Counted from the stretch's first letter, positions 27,173-40,433 are shown. The stretch is DNA of 64,000 nt from Octopus vulgaris (GCA_951406725.2 OX597821.1:8308001-8372000), one strand, 5' to 3'. Numbers and translations: made by a program. Notes: generated from the sequence alone by a model not told the origin.

Positions 27173-27742
27173 TCGTTCCAGCACACGATCTCAGATCATG
27201 TCACTTGCTATGCAAGTACGTCTCCGTAATTAAACCATATTATTATTGATAAACTCTTCTATAAGTAAATGACTTAAGTGAAAAGGATTTCATAATTGGT
27301 GGGCTAAAATCGGTTATATCGTGATTCTGCAGTTCCTTTTACCTGAAATCTTAAACCATATTAACAATTGCAGCGTGGAAGGTGTTTATAAGCCATTTAA
27401 GAAACACACAAAAACCGTTCGATTCACTTCAACATTTAAATTTAATTTGTCAAAATATTTTCGTCGCTTTGAGACCGCGAACTGTTCACTGACAAAATTC
27501 CATGCTGCATCTCGGTGAACAGATCGCGGTCTCAAAGCGACGAAAATATTTTGACAAATTAAATTTAAATGTTGAAGTGAATCTAACGGTTTTTGTGTGT
27601 TTCTTAAATGGCTTATATACACCTTCCACGCTACAATTGTTTTCGTTCCAGCACACGATCTCAGATCATGTCACTTGCTATGCAAGTACATCTCCGTAAT
27701 TAAACCATATTATTATTGATAAACTCTTCTATAAGTAAATGA
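27173..27742 (+). repeat. 100-bp direct repeats (27173-27272 and 27643-27742) bracketing the palindrome
   Basis: One visible mismatch between the copies. Confidence 0.92.
27363..27641. mobile_element. Palindromic element with variant (G3-C8) HHR motifs on both strands
   Basis: Near-perfect ~125-bp arms. Minus 27448-27494 reads TGTCA-GTGAACA-GtTCGC..GCGAC-GAAA-ATAT-TT-TGACA. Confidence 0.8.
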
Positions 27743-28785
27743 TTAGTAAAAGTTTGAAGGTGTTAAATCAAAAGAAAGTGCAGGGAACTCACATGCACCG
27801 CTTCGTTCTATCAGGTGTCTTTGCACATTTTCATCCAGGTAAACTCGCACGTCTGGACAGTAAGTGTTGGAGTGCGCCCTCTTGTTGAAAGAAAATTTAT
27901 TACTTCTATAAAGTACATGTATGGGAGATAAAATGGACGCGCATAGCAGGTCTAAATACGCTTGGCCGGTATCCGTACTTTCGAAGAAAAATGGTTTTAT
28001 TAAACCTTTTGCTGATGCTCCAGGCCAGGCATCTACCCCTGGTAAATTGACTGCTTTCTCCACATTCAAGCAAAGACTTCCTGGTGCCCAGTAAACAAAA
28101 TTATGTAGGTTCGCTGTTCCATTTAGCTTAAATTGTGCTTCATCAGACTACACAATAGTTTTCACGAACTTTTCATTCTTGCCTACCATGTGTTGAAACC
28201 ACTCACAAAAATCGATTCTTCGATCAGGATCGCCATTGTTACTCTTACTCTTTTACTTGTTTCAGTCATTTGACTGCGGCCATGCTGGAGCACCGCCTTT
28301 AGTCGAGCAACTCGACCCCGGAACTTATTCTTTTGTAAGCCCAGTACTTATTCTATCGGTCTCTTTTGCCGAACCGCTAAGTGACGGGGACGTAAATACC
28401 AGCATCGGTTGTCAAGCAATGCTAGGGGGACAAACACAGACACACAAACACATACACACATATATATACATATATACGACATGCTTCTTTCAGTTTCCGT
28501 CTACCAAATCCACTCACAAGGCATTGGTCGGCCTGGGGCTATAGCAGAAGACACTTGCCCAAAATGCCACGCAGTGGGACTGAACCCGGAACCATGTGGT
28601 TGGTTAGCAAGCTACTTACCACAGCCACTCCTGCGCCTAATTGCATGTAATATTCATGGCATGTAAACTTTCCACTTAGCTCTTCTAGGAATGCACCATT
28701 TGCTTGCATAGCTTATTCCTGTCTCGCGTGCACAATGTCCATTAGACTACTGTGGCGTGTGGTGTAATCTTCCAACACCATAGGC
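27743..28785 (-). mobile_element. Decayed Tc1/mariner-superfamily transposase (maT/DD37D-like), interrupted by a SINE
   Basis: IV.SDEAQFKLNGT, NLPGV..W...S.KGLIKPFFFE, FPALSFDLTP (compare WPxRSPDLTP). Confidence 0.7.
28237..28637 (-). mobile_element. SINE family A
   Basis: Reverse complement of 219-619. Confidence 0.9.
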
Positions 28786-29073
28786 GAAACCTATGTTTCC
28801 AAAGGTGAATTATCCAAACCCAAATAATTCCTCTCAACACATAACTATGATGCCCCCTCCCCACTACTTCTGCTCGTGATCAGAGATGCACATATCGTCA
28901 GCCATCAAGGGACATGCCCAAGTAATTAAGGTCAAATAGTTGACAAGTAAATCTGTGGTATTGAGCAGAATATTTGCTATAATCCATCTTTTATACCAAG
29001 ACAAAGCAAGATAACACTCTCTGTCAGTTAAGATCAGGAGCCATGAGGGCCACAGTCTGGTACTGCATCATGG

Positions 29074-29133
<60 letters not shown>

Positions 29134-29231
29134 CATTATTCAGTAGTTTTATTTTTATAGCGTGCTTTCACTTCACTACCGAGCGCAGCTCTGTGTGCCT
29201 TGGGTATGTGCATCATGGTACTGCATCATGG

Positions 29232-29306
<75 letters not shown>

Positions 29307-29323
29307 CATCATCATCATCATCG

Positions 29324-29407
<84 letters not shown>

Positions 29408-30250
29408 TAACTTTTGCTTTATATTTGTACAAGTTGGCTCCAAGTCTAACCCAGAGACCTCAAGAGACAACAGGTTGGAAGTTCGTGTTGTTGTTATGCC
29501 TAGTGTGCCATATATTTGTTTTTTTTTGTGTTGTATTAGTGAATGCCTAAAAAAAAACCGAAAATTACGTTTGTTTTAAACCTTGAGATTACATAGAAAG
29601 TATTTTGCGTAGGATATGAGCAGTTCCCATGAGCACTATCTTTTGAATTTCTGCCATTTTGGGGTTTCCTGGTATCTGAGTTAGGTAGCAATCAGCCCCT
29701 TTCGCTATCATTCCCAGGGCACCTATGACAACAGGTATTGTTTTAGTCTTCAGCTTCCACATTTTGCTGATTTCTATTTCAAGATCTTTGTATTTGCTCA
29801 GTTTTTGGTAGGTCTTGACAGATACGTTTATATCGATTGGGACAGTCATATCAATGAGGAGGCATGTTCTTTGTCTGAAGTCTTTCAATATGATGTCTGA
29901 CCTATTTGCATCTATCTTTCTGTCAGTTTGAATGGTGAAGTTCCAGAGGAGTGAGATGTGGTCATTTTCAAGCACTGGAGGTGGATTGTGTTCCCACCAG
30001 TTTTTTTCATGGGGCAGATCCAGGTTTTTTCAGATTACCCAGTGAATATATTGTGCAGCTCTATCATGCCTGCTGAGATACTCTGTAGGCGCTAGAAGAC
30101 TGCACTTGGAGACAACATGATCAATGGTTTCATTTTGTTGTTGACATACACGACATGTTGGGCTACTGCCGTTCTTTAATATGTTGGACTGGTAGTTTCT
30201 TGTTGGTAGGCATTGATCTTGAGCCGCTATGATAAACCCTTCTGTTTCAG

Positions 30251-30253
<3 letters not shown>
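28785..30253 (-). mobile_element. R4/Dong-clade non-LTR retrotransposon, 5'-truncated, in (TAA)n
   Basis: ETEGFIIAAQDQ, CCHC CRVC..ETIDHVVSKC, RHD, restriction-like endonuclease NRSDII..LIDMTVP..KLSKYKDL, IPVVIGALG. The 5' junction is at a TAA repeat, the known Dong target. Confidence 0.9.
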
Positions 30254-30319
<66 letters not shown>

Positions 30320-30341
30320 CATTATTATTATTATCATTATC

Positions 30342-30389
<48 letters not shown>

Positions 30390-30581
30390 GTTGTTGTTGT
30401 TGTTGTTGTTGTTATTATCATCATCATCATCATCATCATTATTATTATTAAACAGACAAGACGATGAGAGCGATGCGATTGCAATAGACATTTTATTGGT
30501 TGAACGATATTTCGACAGCAAGCCTGTCATTGTCGAGTTCACAATGAAAAGTAATAAAAATTCAAATTTATAGAAATTCAA

Positions 30582-31467
30582 ATCTAAAATATGAACGAGA
30601 GTAACCAACGTCCACGCGTTTATGGAATGACATGATCGGACTTCAAGTTTCAATTTTACAACTGGCGATAAAAAAAAGAAAGAAAAAAAGAATAAAAATG
30701 AAAAGGAAAGAAAAGGAAAAAAAAAAGACGAATATTTAATCAAACAGTTTTGTGTAAACTTGATGAAATTCTCCTGCACAATAAGTTCGAAAGATTTCCT
30801 CCAGTGCGCCCAATTTGCAGCTGATATGAATGTTGTACAGCCAAAATTTCGGAGTAGCGGGATGGCTTTCTATTCCCTATCGCAAAAAGATCAAGTTCCT
30901 ACATTCAGGATACTTTTGATTTTTTTGCTTATATCTCAATGTTGGCCACGATGAAGGGGTAGAAGCATGCATGAATGCCTTCGAAAAGCAGTCAAACAAA
31001 AGTAATCCACCAAATTTTCTCTGTAGGTTATTGAGGTTTGTGTTACTTTGTAACACAATGTAGTTTAAACAAAACTTTTACCCCCGTGGCAGTTAATTTC
31101 GCTAATTCGAGACACAGTAACTGTAGACATTTAAATCCCTACATAGTCATGAACTAATACTCTAGTTACGGTTCATTGATGACATCTTTTTTGTCTGGGA
31201 CTTATGCTAAAGTCCAAAATAAAATTTACTTCTAGTTTTTCAAAAACTAGCTCTTTTTCTTTTTTACTCTTTTACTTGTTTCATTCATTTGACTGTGGCC
31301 ATGCTGGAGCACCGCCTTTAGTCGAGCAAATCGACCCCAGGACTTATTCGTTGTAAGCCTAGTACTTATTCTATCAGCCTTTTTTGCTGAACCGCTAAGT
31401 TACAAGGACGTAAACACATCAGCATCGGTTGTCAAGCGATGTTGGGGGGGGGGGGCAAACACAAACA

Positions 31468-31515
<48 letters not shown>

Positions 31516-32031
31516 CATTCGACGAGCTTCTTTCAGTTTCCGTCTACCAAATCCACTCACAAGGCTTTGGTCGGCCCGAGGCTATAGTAGAAGACACTTT
31601 TTCAAGGTGCCACGCAATGGGACTGAAACTGACAATTAAATAAAAAATTTAATGGGCACAGATATGACGTCAGGCTCAATAACAGTAGTTCGACAGCACT
31701 TGTCGAACATTTTGCATTAAACGGCTGCAATGTTGAAAAATATTTGTAAGTGTATATTCTCAGAAAATATTCTGAATCTGTTACACTTTGAATACTCAAA
31801 ATGCACGAGGAGAAATATGATTGTGGTTTATTAATATCACGCCCTGGAGAAATTAATAAAATGACAGAATTTCATCAAATTTACACAAAAATTTCTGATA
31901 AAAAATTTCTTTTTCCTTTCCTCTTTTTCTCATTTTCGTTTTCTTTTTACGAGCTGTAAAATTGAAACTTGAAGACTGATGATGTCTTTCCATAAACGTG
32001 TGGACGCTGGTTGCTCTCGTTCACATTTTAG
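30582..32031. repeat. Old long inverted repeats (~30582-30800 vs ~31835-32031), possibly a TIR/foldback transposon, with a nested SINE A at 31258-31632 (-)
   Basis: GAACGAGAG.AACCA.CGTCCAC.CGTTTATGGAA..CTTCAAGTTTCAATTTTACA has its reverse complement at 31955-32023. Confidence 0.7.
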
Positions 32032-32104
32032 ATCATCCAGTCACGGCGACTTCTCCCTCGTGCAGTCAACCATCGTTTTCCATATTTCGTCAGCTGATAT
32101 CAGT

Positions 32105-33043
32105 ATTTCCTAGGATCGCCTTTGGCAGTAATTACAGCTTGAATTCTATGAAAGTCTGAATTGTTTCCAAAGGAATTTTTATCCATTTTTCAGCTAAAAC
32201 AGTCTCCAGTTCTTGTAGTGATGATGGTGGAGGATATCGACTCCTTGTTTTTCTAAAATGCACAATAAATGTTCAATAATATTATCTGTGATGACCAGAT
32301 AAGATGTTCAACTTCACTAGAATGCTCCTCGTGTCATTCAGTAACAAATTTAGCTCTGTGAATTGGTCCATTATCATCCTGAAAGATTGCGTTTTCCCCT
32401 GGAAACAGTTCAGCAAACATAGGATGAATTTGATTAGATAAAATGCTTAAATAGTATTGGCTATTAATTCTGCCACGACGGAAAACCATTGGGCCGGCAG
32501 ATTGCCAAGATATAGCCCCCGCACCACCGCCGATTATCATAGATCCTCTTCCATGTTTAACAGTTGGAAGAAGGCAGTCTGGGTCAAATGCTTCTTTTGG
32601 TTGTCTCCACACGTATATTTGGCCATAGTTGGAAATAAGGTAAAGGATAACTCGTTCGACAAAATAGACTGTCATTACTTTCGAGACGTGCTTCTTGATA
32701 CACCAAACAATTCGGCGGTTGTCGTTACGCTAGTGCCTGCCATACGAACACCAACAATTTGACCTCTTTGAAAGTCCGATAGATCTGTCATTTGAATGAA
32801 TCTTAATTACCCTTTTCTGATGATATCTGAAAAGAAACAGCAACTTTAGCAAAACATATTAGGTAACACTTAATAGTAACACTTTGTCGAACGAGTTATC
32901 CTTTACCTTATTTCCAACTATGGCCGAATATACGCAAATAAATCGCAAAACATAAAAATAAACAAGCTTTTGACTGTTTTATAGATATTTCAAAATTATG
33001 CTATGATGCTAGGTGTTTCCATTATTTTGTCCAACCCATGTAC
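32105..33043 (-). mobile_element. Tc1 (DD34E) transposon with internal deletion
   Basis: N-terminal MTDLSDFQRGQIVG; core PTVKHGRGS, FQDDNGPIH; terminal TACATGGGTTGGACAAAATAATGGAAACACC. Confidence 0.85.
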
Positions 33044-33789
33044 AAACACCGGAACTGTAAAAATCTGTAAAACGTACCAGAAGTTTATCATTTAAATATA
33101 TATGAACATACATAAAACAAAACATTCAAATCTGCATACATACATACATACATACATACAAAAATACCCTGTTGATATCCCAATGAAGGAACCCAGGATC
33201 TAGGTTAAAAGCCAGTTCTTTCTCTATTGGCAAGAAATCTTGAAGAAAACTGAATAATAACATACATGCACGTTTATTTATTGCTTTTCAGATTTTATCT
33301 GACATTTTTAAACGACATTCGAAATATTTCCGCTGCAAGAAATCTATCGATAATCTTGATAATCTTGATATCATATATGGTACCAGGTGTTTCTGGTATG
33401 ATCGATTAGAGAATACGAGGCAATGTTTCACACTTTCCGCTACAAATAAACCTCTTCCTTTTCTTTTTCCAGGCAAAATTTCTCCCTTGTTTTTTCCTTC
33501 CCGATGGCGCCATATTGTTCATACTGAAACGACACAAGGGTCATCTCTTACCCACAAAGCTGCTTTGCATGTTGAGTAAAATATCAGTATTTTCTACACA
33601 TAAAGTGGCTGAGTGGTTGCGTGGTTTGGAAGTTTCGAGTCTCGCTGCTGCATGACTCTTGGGTAGGTGCCTTCTACTATTGTTTCAGATCGCCCAATGT
33701 TTTGTAAGTGAATGAGGTAGACAAAAACTGTAGTAACTCGTTGTATATAATACATATATACATACATATGTATGTATGTATATACATAC

Positions 33790-33820
<31 letters not shown>

Positions 33821-34032
33821 TGTATGTATGTATGTATGTATGTATGTATGTATGTATATATGTATGTATGTATGTACTATGTATGTATGTACGTACGTAT
33901 GTATGTACGTATGTTGTACATTCAGTTTTATTTCAAGATATCTTGGCAATAAAGAGCCGGTTTCTAGTTTAGATGTATATATGTATGCATGCCTATACAT
34001 CACTTCAAACTCTCTCTCTCTCTCTCTCTCTT

Positions 34033-34136
<104 letters not shown>

Positions 34137-34724
34137 TGTAATGATGAAGATCCTTCCCGAGTCATATAGTCTCATAGGGTCGGTTGTTATGGTGAGAAAT
34201 TCAAGGAAATAACTTTAAGATATTTACACGTGATCAGTGCGAGCACATTCACACTCAGACACATGTTTACCTGGATTCGAGTACATGCAAACATCCAGCC
34301 ACATATACACTTAAACACAGTAATTCATCAAAGATTTCTTGTCACTTGGTTATTATTAACTAGCTTGATTTTTTTACTACAATGGTCACTTGAATATTTA
34401 GACGTGTATGGTTACCGCCTATATGGTCTATAAGGTTATTGTAATATATCATGGGAATCCAAACAATAAAATATAGGTAAGACGACATATGGATATTTAT
34501 ACATAATTATCTAAACATTACATACAGTGTCCCATACATGCATAAATAATCAAGTCAAACAACACTTCAGATTTACTCTGCAGGTGTTATAGGGATTACT
34601 TATTATGCAAAAGCAAATCCAATTTTACAACTAAAATATTCTGGAAAAGTAAGTGATCTCAAACTGTGATTAACTTTGAGTTTCATTACAACTAAAGAGC
34701 TGTCAAACCATTTATTCGTTTATT

Positions 34725-35010
34725 CTTTTATGTTTCATCCTAAATGCAGTGACCATCTTGGAGCACCGCCAGTGTAATCTCCTTTTCACTGGTCAATCTT
34801 TATGCTAATGGCTGTGATGAAGGAGTGAGATCGACACTGCTGCCCTCTTTTAAGTTTCTTGACGTGATATATCTGGGATCGTGTACAGCCAGGATGTTAA
34901 GTTGTTTCTTGAAAGCAGCTACTCCTACTCCATGAATATCCCTCATATGTTTTGGCAAATAATTAAATAGGTGTGGGCCCTTGAATCACAAGTTGTACAT
35001 GGCTCTCAGT
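34725..35010 (-). mobile_element. Degenerate 3' end of a CR1-group LINE related to 58100-62770
   Basis: GPHLFNYLPKHMRDIHGVGV..FK; tail GGCGGTGCTCCAAGATGGTC. Confidence 0.65.
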
Positions 35011-35827
35011 CTAGAAGAGTAGCTGAGACCTTTAAACCTCATAAGAGAATATTAACACACTCTCAAAATGAAAACAGGGTTAAAAATTAAATCACAACCA
35101 GCCTAGCATTGCTAAAAACAGGTTAGAACACATCGATGAGTTCATTCTAGATCCGTAACACATACAATAGGGACCTTAACTCCCACATTTTAGAGCTCCA
35201 TCTGCTCCATTTTTTAGAATGCCGTGAGTGTTGGATGCATGTAGGTTTCTATCTCTCCATTTTCTTTTCCATTCTTTTCTCCCCTAGTATATCTTATCTT
35301 TACTTGAAACATAAAAAAAAAAGGTTTCCTTCTTTTTTCACTTTGCCTGAGCGTCATCCTGTTACACTCTGTGTTTGTTTTGTCTTTTACCTCTTCGAGT
35401 TGTGCCGCCTTACAGTAACTTTGGAACCAAGGAACATATTTTTTGTTAAAACCCTTCTTAAAAAGGTACTTCAACTCCATCAAACAAATCGGTCCCTAAT
35501 CAATATGATCAAACATATTTTACATGTTGTACTTTATAACTTGCGATTAGTGATCGATTTTGATTAACAATCGCTGAAACGATCGTAAGGAATATGAAAA
35601 ACACGAAATGTCAACTTCACACATTCTAGTATTCTCACATAATAGATGCGCGCTTCATACTACGTAATGACCCTATAGTGTTTGCATGTCCACTACCGAA
35701 TCATACGGCAGAGTTAAGAGTAACGTGAATATAATCAGGGGCTGCAAACAATACAGTAACTTTCACATATTTAATGCATCTGTTTCCAACTGTGTGTGTG
35801 TAAAAGTATGTATGCATATATGTGTGA

Positions 35828-36085
35828 AGGCGCATGGCCTAGTGGTAAGTCTTTTGCACTCGCGATCGCCAGATCGAGGGTTCGATTCCCTGATTGGGCG
35901 GCGCGTTGTGCCCTTGAGCACAGCACTTCCTTTTACGTTGTTGCAGTCCTCCTATCGATTAGGGGTGGAGGAATGTTGGCCTGCTCACCTAACCATCGGG
36001 GAGGCGTCATTTGAGGACTAAAATAATGCAAAAGCACATTCTGACTACCGATGTGTAACAACATCTGATAGCCTTGTCGGTTACG
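35828..36085 (+). mobile_element. Older tRNA-derived SINE (related copy at ~8286-8520)
   Basis: GGCGCATGGCCTAGTGGTAAG..GGGTTCGATTCC..CCCTTGAGCA. Confidence 0.7.
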
Positions 36086-36435
36086 GAATCAGGTGGCACC
36101 AGCTTAACTTAAATTGTTCTTTTAGTCGAAAGACACCTTTTCTTATTCTCGTTGCTTCTATTTGTAATCGCGTAGCATTTTCTCCGTTTTCTCGTTTTTT
36201 GTTTTCGTCCGTGATGTCACACATATTCGCTCGCTTTCTTCGAAAAATTTAATGCACTTAACTTAGGTTTTTGAGACCTACCGATGTTGAACCGTCTCAA
36301 GTGTAATAGGCCGAAACTGTAATGATAATTGGAAGCTTGACTGATGAATAGAAAGCTACGAATGTTTCGTCCTGGTTTTCCTGTCCATCTTTGTATCGTC
36401 CACCTGTCTGTATGCTTTTATTGTCATCCGTTACG

Positions 36436-36502
<67 letters not shown>

Positions 36503-36508
36503 ATACAT

Positions 36509-36830
36509 ACTAGCAGAGATACCCGGCTTTGCCCGTATCACATGGAGTTGTGAAGAATTAGACTTTGTTAAAAATATTTTCTCTAATGAACTGGAGTACC
36601 TGTGATGCAAATTTCATCAAAATTGCAGATTAACAATTTTAATGAGGGTACTTTCCCTCTTTACACACCTTAACAAAAATTGTAATCATGACATATTTAT
36701 CCCATACTACTTAGCTTTATGACCAGATTCCAAAATCCAAATCTTATGAAACCTATTGAAAAGCTTTTGCTCCTGAAAAATGGAGCAGATGGAGCTCTAA
36801 AATGTGGGAGTTAAGGTCCCTATTGTGTGT
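36509..36830 (-). mobile_element. Helitron 3' fragment
   Basis: Minus CGGGCAAAGCCGGGTATCTCTGCTAG|T. Its segment 36776-36828 is inverted relative to 35164-35214. Confidence 0.6.
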
Positions 36831-36836
36831 GTGTAT

Positions 36837-36874
<38 letters not shown>

Positions 36875-37583
36875 TTCTTAAAGCCAATCAGAGAAGTTGA
36901 ATTGTTGAGAATCTTTCTTAACTTGGGCCTTATACCTATTGTTCAGATTCCTTTGAAATCGGAAATATATGAATGTTCACTGGGTTTGTAAAAGAGAGCA
37001 AAGTTACAGGAAATCAAGAGGTGAATGATCACAATAAGCAGTCATCTACCCTACTCTAGTCGTTACCACTCCCCAATTTAGGATTCCTCACCATACATCT
37101 GTATGATGCATTACGGATCTATAACAATTGGAAGGGCGTGACCCAAGTCAAATAAACATTTACTGTGTGACGTGAGGGCTAAGGGGAAATGAAAGAGTCA
37201 CATCTGGAGTTTGCCAATCATTACTATGCTGATAGGTAATTGGACAGAATAAATTTGCAATCTATAAATTTCTTTGAATGGCCAGTCTTGAAATCAATGT
37301 TACCATCTGGGGATTATTTCTGACCCAGTGATAATAAAAAGACTGAAAGAAGGTCTGCAATCAAATAACTTTACTCAAAATAAGCCTTTGCAACTGAATA
37401 TGTATGTATGCATGTATGTAAGTATGGATGGATGTATATATGTATGTATATGTATATATGTATGTATATGTATATATAAAGTTAATCCAAACATGAAAAC
37501 ACAAAAAGAGAAAACGCAACAACGCGAGGACGTGGAACAAATATAGTATTATTGGACGCTCAGGAAGGAAGGGAAGAAGGAGA

Positions 37584-37618
37584 GTTTGACGTTTCGAGCG
37601 GAGCTCTTCGTCAGAAAC
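37584..37618 (-). ncRNA. Minimal type I hammerhead ribozyme in a short pLTR-like repeat (37475-37660)
   Basis: GTTT-CTGACGA-a-GAGC-TCC-GCTC-GAAAC-GTC-AAAC. Confidence 0.88.
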
Positions 37619-37798
37619 ATAGGAAAAGGAAAGATTCAGAGAAGGGAAGATGGAGGAAAAATATATGTATGCATGTATATATGTGTATATACATGTATAC
37701 ATATTACATATACATCTACATATATACACACATATATACACATAAACATATAAATCTCTCTCTTTATACATGTATATATATACATCTATACATATACA

Positions 37799-37842
<44 letters not shown>

Positions 37843-37915
37843 TATACATATACATTTACACATATACACCTGTATATATACATATGTGCAGATGTATACA
37901 TATATATATATATAC

Positions 37916-37976
<61 letters not shown>

Positions 37977-38094
37977 TTAGAGACAAAACCACTATTAGGC
38001 AAATCAAACAATGAAAAAATTAAGCCAATACATATGATTAATTTATATTATTTAAATATATAACAAAATTATTAAAAAAATATAATTAATATCA

Positions 38095-38158
38095 CACTAC
38101 GGTCGTTTCATGCCTGCTAACATCTTCAAATTTTTGAGTCGCAGTCATTCATCAGGTG
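38095..38158 (-). ncRNA. Type I hammerhead ribozyme in a pLTR-like repeat (37972-38160)
   Basis: CAC-CTGATGA-ATGACTGC..GCAGGCAT-GAAAC-GACC-GTA-GTG. Confidence 0.75.
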
Positions 38159-38580
38159 GTTTAAATATACATATACATATATGTATATATATACATACAT
38201 ATACATGTACATAATATATATATGTATATATAAATATATATATGTATGTATGTATTTATGCCTGTATATATGTGACATAGAATTTTCACTTTAATAGTTT
38301 CAGTATTAACAATGAAAGTATTAAAGTGAAAGTATCTGACATTACAATAGAGAGATGTTTTGTTTCGCTTTTGACACTTAGTACTGAAATAGTGGAAGAG
38401 ATAAGAGATTGCTCTGGGCTCGCAATAAGCCAGAATTTGAAATTTTTTTGGCCTATGACACAACTTGGACCCTAAGTAACGCATGTGTAAAATTTGAATG
38501 AAATCGGTCGTGTAGTTCTCATCTTTATATTCATAGATACATACATATGTGTGTGTGTGTGTGTGTCTCTGTGTGTGTGT

Positions 38581-38669
<89 letters not shown>

Positions 38670-38684
38670 CGGAAAACCCATTAC

Positions 38685-39640
38685 CCGTGGTGAGCACGAT
38701 TCCGCTAATCCGCTAACAACTAATAAGCGAAGCTAACATTTCGTTTAGTGGATTAGCGTTTTCGCAAACTTGGGAAACCGTTAGCGGATCAATTAGCTTC
38801 CGCTGAAACTAGATCTGCTAACTTTAAGTCCGCTAGCAAAATTCATACGTTTGCTACTGTCTGTTGTGAGCGTGTCTGGAAGAGTCCGTCAAGCATGCTT
38901 ATTGGCTGACTACGTGTACACGTGACAACACGTGATTGGTCAACACAGCAGCAGCTAGCTGAGCAGCATTGGGAATTCTTCAGTTTTGAGTTGTGTTCTC
39001 TTAGGTCGTTGTCACAATACAGAAAGTTTTACAGTGTCAGCGACAGAAGTGTACGTTATTTGCTTATCAAGTTATCGCTTATCGTTATGGAAGGTGAAGT
39101 TAGTTTTGTTCGGCCCGAGGAAGAAGGGACTGTTGAGGAGTTTTCAACGGCTGTGGGTGAGGTAGAGGTCGCTTAAGTTGAGAGCCCCTCATGGAGAACA
39201 ATTTTATCCGTACGACAAGGGATAAGAGGAAAACCAAAATCCTGTACTTCCATCACGTGCCAGCCTAAGGTGACCACCATCAAGGGACAAACGGCGAGCT
39301 TCTAAAAAGCCCGGCTCTTCCCGTGAGAAGCACAGACAATCTTCTGGTAACAGTGCCAGTAGCCAGTCGTCGCAACCATGTGCAAATAAAGCTCGCCAGC
39401 CCAGCATTGGTGAGGCGTTTACCTAAACTGCTGGCACTGTCGTCCGTCAGTCTATGGTGGACAGAAGAAGTGTAGATCTGTTTGTCTACAACATGCTACC
39501 GCTGCATGCATTAGAGTCTCCCACCTTGGTCGTCCTGATCAAGACGCTAAATCCCAGCAAGACGTCGATGTCCCGCCGCACTCTGGACAAGATGATCTTG
39601 CCCAGCAGTAAACAGCTGGAGGAACAGCTTACAAGGCATT
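38685..39640 (+). mobile_element. hAT (Ac/Tol2-like) transposon 5' portion
   Basis: Terminus CCGTGGTGAGCAC followed by repeated CCGCTAA/TTAGCGG subterminal motifs; transposase remnant FVYNMLPLHALESP..IKTLNP..SRRTL. Confidence 0.75.
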
Positions 39641-40152
39641 TATTAATTAAAATTATACAAGATTATTAAATTATTATTATGGTGTGCTTCATGTTTTTTT
39701 TTATTTAATTTAATTATTTGATTATTTATTAAATAATTACTTTCTGAATGTAATAGAATGTATAATAGCTAATTGAAATAAATGTCATGATATATAATAT
39801 ACTGTATGTATTTATTTCACTCATGATTAACTCTGCACAACCAGTAGTCTTTAATGAAGTTACGAATGTACGAACCTTAAGTTCTGAACTTATCAAATTT
39901 CAACAATCAGTCTATCTCTCATGTGAGTCGTTCCTAGGAAGTTAGTGCATTTTTTTTTAGTAGGCATTGATCATATTCTGCGTCAGTTTATATATAGTGA
40001 CGGTGAATTATTTCCTTGTTGGTTTTAAATTGCTGCTAGTCGCCTTGATTATTTTATAATTTTCACATTGCCATTTTGTGAAATCAGTCACTGATTCCAA
40101 TGACATTCTCGATAATATTGACAGGGTGAGTTAACCTCCACCAGCTGTGATG

Positions 40153-40433
40153 TACTTGTACTTGCGACGGCGTTCACCCAAGGCAGGTTGAGCCGGCTTC
40201 TTCTCTGGTCCTGACGGCATCACGAACCATGGCGGCCCACGCTCAATGGTCCTGTGCGAGGTCACTGGAGATAGCGAGTCATTCGCGGTTCCATCTGCGC
40301 AGACCGACCACCTGTGGACCTGAGAGTTTGGAGACGTCCTCCTTTATCGTCATTGCTCAGGTCTTCTGCTGCCCGCCCGTGCGTTTGCGCTAGTTGGGAA
40401 GTGGAGGTAGAAGGAGGACATCGCGAATCAGCT
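40153..40433 (-). mobile_element. 5'-truncated RTE-like LINE with 14-bp TSD
   Basis: TSD CACCAGCTGTGATG at 40139-40152 and 40434-40447; (CAAGTA)n tail; GC-rich coding remnant. Confidence 0.75.
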
